This document shows, in pieces, positions 30,581 to 32,000 of a DNA stretch of 32,000 bases. This DNA comes from an uncultured Polyangiaceae bacterium (GTDB lineage: Bacteria > Myxococcota_A > Polyangia > Polyangiales > Polyangiaceae). The DNA is taken from contig CAZSDX010000002.1 in assembly GCA_964605685.1 (NCBI GenBank), forward strand, positions 1-32,000, given 5' to 3'. The notes under the pieces were generated by a model. The model did not search any database. It was not told the origin of the DNA and saw only the letters and a list, made by a program, of their open reading frames with translations. The first letter of the stretch is position 1; every line of letters begins with the position of its first letter. The position numbers and the translations under genes were made by a program.

Positions 30581-32000
30581 TCAGGCGTCCGGGGGAGAGA
30601 CGTTGAGGACGCGGGTGAAGCCCGGGGGCTCCTCGTGGAGCCCGTCGAAATCGATCTCGAAGAAGCGCGTACCCGGGGCGGGGACGCCGAGGTTGGCCTG
30701 GTAGTGGGTCGTCCCGCTCATCACGCCACCCACCGGGGTCAGCTCCAGTACCTGCGGAACCCCTCCGTTGGCGCGGATCGTGAGCGTCCCGGGGGCCTGG
30801 GTGCGGACGGCGACCTGGAACCCCGGGGGAACCCAGGATCCAGGAGTTCCATAGTCCCACACGTGGATGTGAGGGACGATGGCCTCGTCGAGGCTGGCGG
30901 GCGGCTCCGCCCGGAGGCCCCGGTAAATGTTCCGAAGGTGCATGCGGAACAGGTCGTCGAACTCGCTGTCTCGCCCCGAGTCCTGGTCGTCCCCGAACCA
31001 CCAGAACCAGTCGCTCCCCTCGGCCATGTAGAGGGCCTCGAAGGCCTCGGGGGCGGACTCCGGCGTGGCCCCCTGGCGGTCGAGGAAATCCCGGGCCTCC
31101 CCCAGAAGATCCCAGGCGATGTTCTCCTCTTCTTCGCCGATCCAGGTGCCCAGGTCGACGCCGGGCCGCGACCCGGCCTCGTCGATCCAGGAGCCGGTGT
31201 AGAGCTCGTGGACCTGGCTCTGCTCCCCCAGCCCGTGGCTCTGGATCCCTCGCTCCGGGGAGCCCTCGATGTACTCGGAAAAAGTCACCGTCTCGATCTC
31301 GGCGTCCGCCGCCAGCGCCGCGTACAGCGCGTGGAGGAAGGGGCGCCCGTCGTCCCGGTAGCCTCCCCAGGCGTTCTCCCCGTCGACGATCACCGTGAGC
31401 ACCCGGTCCTCCGTGGTGCGGAAGCGGTCGGAGAAGCGCGCCTTGATCCGCTGGAGGAAATCCCGGGCCGCTCGCTCGTGATCGTCGTGGTGGTTGAAGA
31501 CGAAGCCGATGTCATCGGAGAGCCTCGTGTCCCGGAAGAACACGCTGACCTGGTGCTCCCCCTCCACCGCGCGGTAGGGGCGGCACAGCACGTCCGGATC
31601 CTCCACGTCGTAGCCGTGGCGCCCGGAGCGGGCCAGGACCCCCCGGTCCGTGGCGATCCACCGGAGCCGCTGCTGCCCGAACAGCGGGAGCACCGACTGG
31701 CTCACCGCCCCCTCCGCCGGCCACATCCCCCGGGGCCGCCGCCGGAACACCCCCCGGTAGTAGTCGACCGCCCGCCGCACCTGCGCCTCCGCGTCCTCGG
31801 GGTGGGCGAAGCGCCGCGGGTGGCGGGTCGTCGGGCGGTCGATGGTCGCCTGATCCGTGTCCATCAGCAGCGGCAAGATCGGGTGGAAGAACGGCGTCGT
31901 GGAGACCTCGATCTGACCCTCCTCCTGAAGCGCGCGGTGGATGGGTACCACCGCCCTCATCACCTTCAGCGTCTCCTCGTAGAGCCGGTCGAAATCCCTG
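30581..32000 (-). CDS. GH57-family glycoside hydrolase (alpha-amylase / glucanotransferase / branching-enzyme type), N-terminus outside the window
   Basis: GH57 blocks are EVSTTPFFHPILPLL, MWPAEGAVS, VIVDGENAWG and YTGSWI. The reading frame stays open past the ORF-track start (31963) to the window edge (...RDFDRLYEETLKVMRAVV...). Confidence 0.85.
   Translation of the reverse strand, partial: RDFDRLYEETLKVMRAVVPIHRALQEEGQIEVSTTPFFHPILPLLMDTDQATIDRPTTRHPRRFAHPEDAEAQVRRAVDYYRGVFRRRPRGMWPAEGAVSQSVLPLFGQQRLRWIATDRGVLARSGRHGYDVEDPDVLCRPYRAVEGEHQVSVFFRDTRLSDDIGFVFNHHDDHERAARDFLQRIKARFSDRFRTTEDRVLTVIVDGENAWGGYRDDGRPFLHALYAALAADAEIETVTFSEYIEGSPERGIQSHGLGEQSQVHELYTGSWIDEAGSRPGVDLGTWIGEEEENIAWDLLGEARDFLDRQGATPESAPEAFEALYMAEGSDWFWWFGDDQDSGRDSEFDDLFRMHLRNIYRGLRAEPPASLDEAIVPHIHVWDYGTPGSWVPPGFQVAVRTQAPGTLTIRANGGVPQVLELTPVGGVMSGTTHYQANLGVPAPGTRFFEIDFDGLHEEPPGFTRVLNVSPPDA

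Overview
Very GC-rich (about 70%) bacterial chromosomal segment. It is most likely Myxococcota, inferred from an MglA-family GTPase paralogue, many lipobox lipoproteins and a sigma-54 cluster. I can support about 28 protein genes and see no rRNA, tRNA or CRISPR. From left to right the genes are: a partial ALDH and an Fe-ADH (minus strand); HtrA/DegP protease translationally coupled to a GH13 amylase-family lipoprotein; ChrA; a lipoprotein; an orphan MglA-like GTPase; an alpha/beta-hydrolase lipoprotein; a chlorite-dismutase-family protein; a metallophosphoesterase with a C-terminal EF-hand pair; and a GDPD lipoprotein. Next comes a lower-GC islet at 13.5-16.2 kb. After it lie an AstD-like ALDH, a tightly coupled rpoN-hpf-ptsN-hprK-rapZ-ptsH-ptsI-rarA block, a FadL-like outer-membrane protein, two lipoproteins, an FGE/SUMF1-domain protein, a small membrane protein and a partial GH57 glycosidase. 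The islet is the most unusual part. It holds a 136-bp MITE-like element with 11-bp perfect terminal inverted repeats, an exactly abutting 8-bp direct duplication and an internal GTCCAC/GTGGAC hexamer array. It also holds a pair of ~20-bp direct repeats and a two-gene cassette: an ABC/AAA_21-type ATPase (frameshifted as sequenced) whose stop overlaps the start of a PIN-like protein. The cassette looks like a defence or toxin module that I cannot match to a named system. Other points worth a second look are a ~220-aa insertion in sigma-54, the EF-hand phosphoesterase, and two places where ORF ends and frames do not resolve cleanly (10.9-11.2 kb and 29.0-29.5 kb). All family assignments come from motif recognition by eye; no searches were run.
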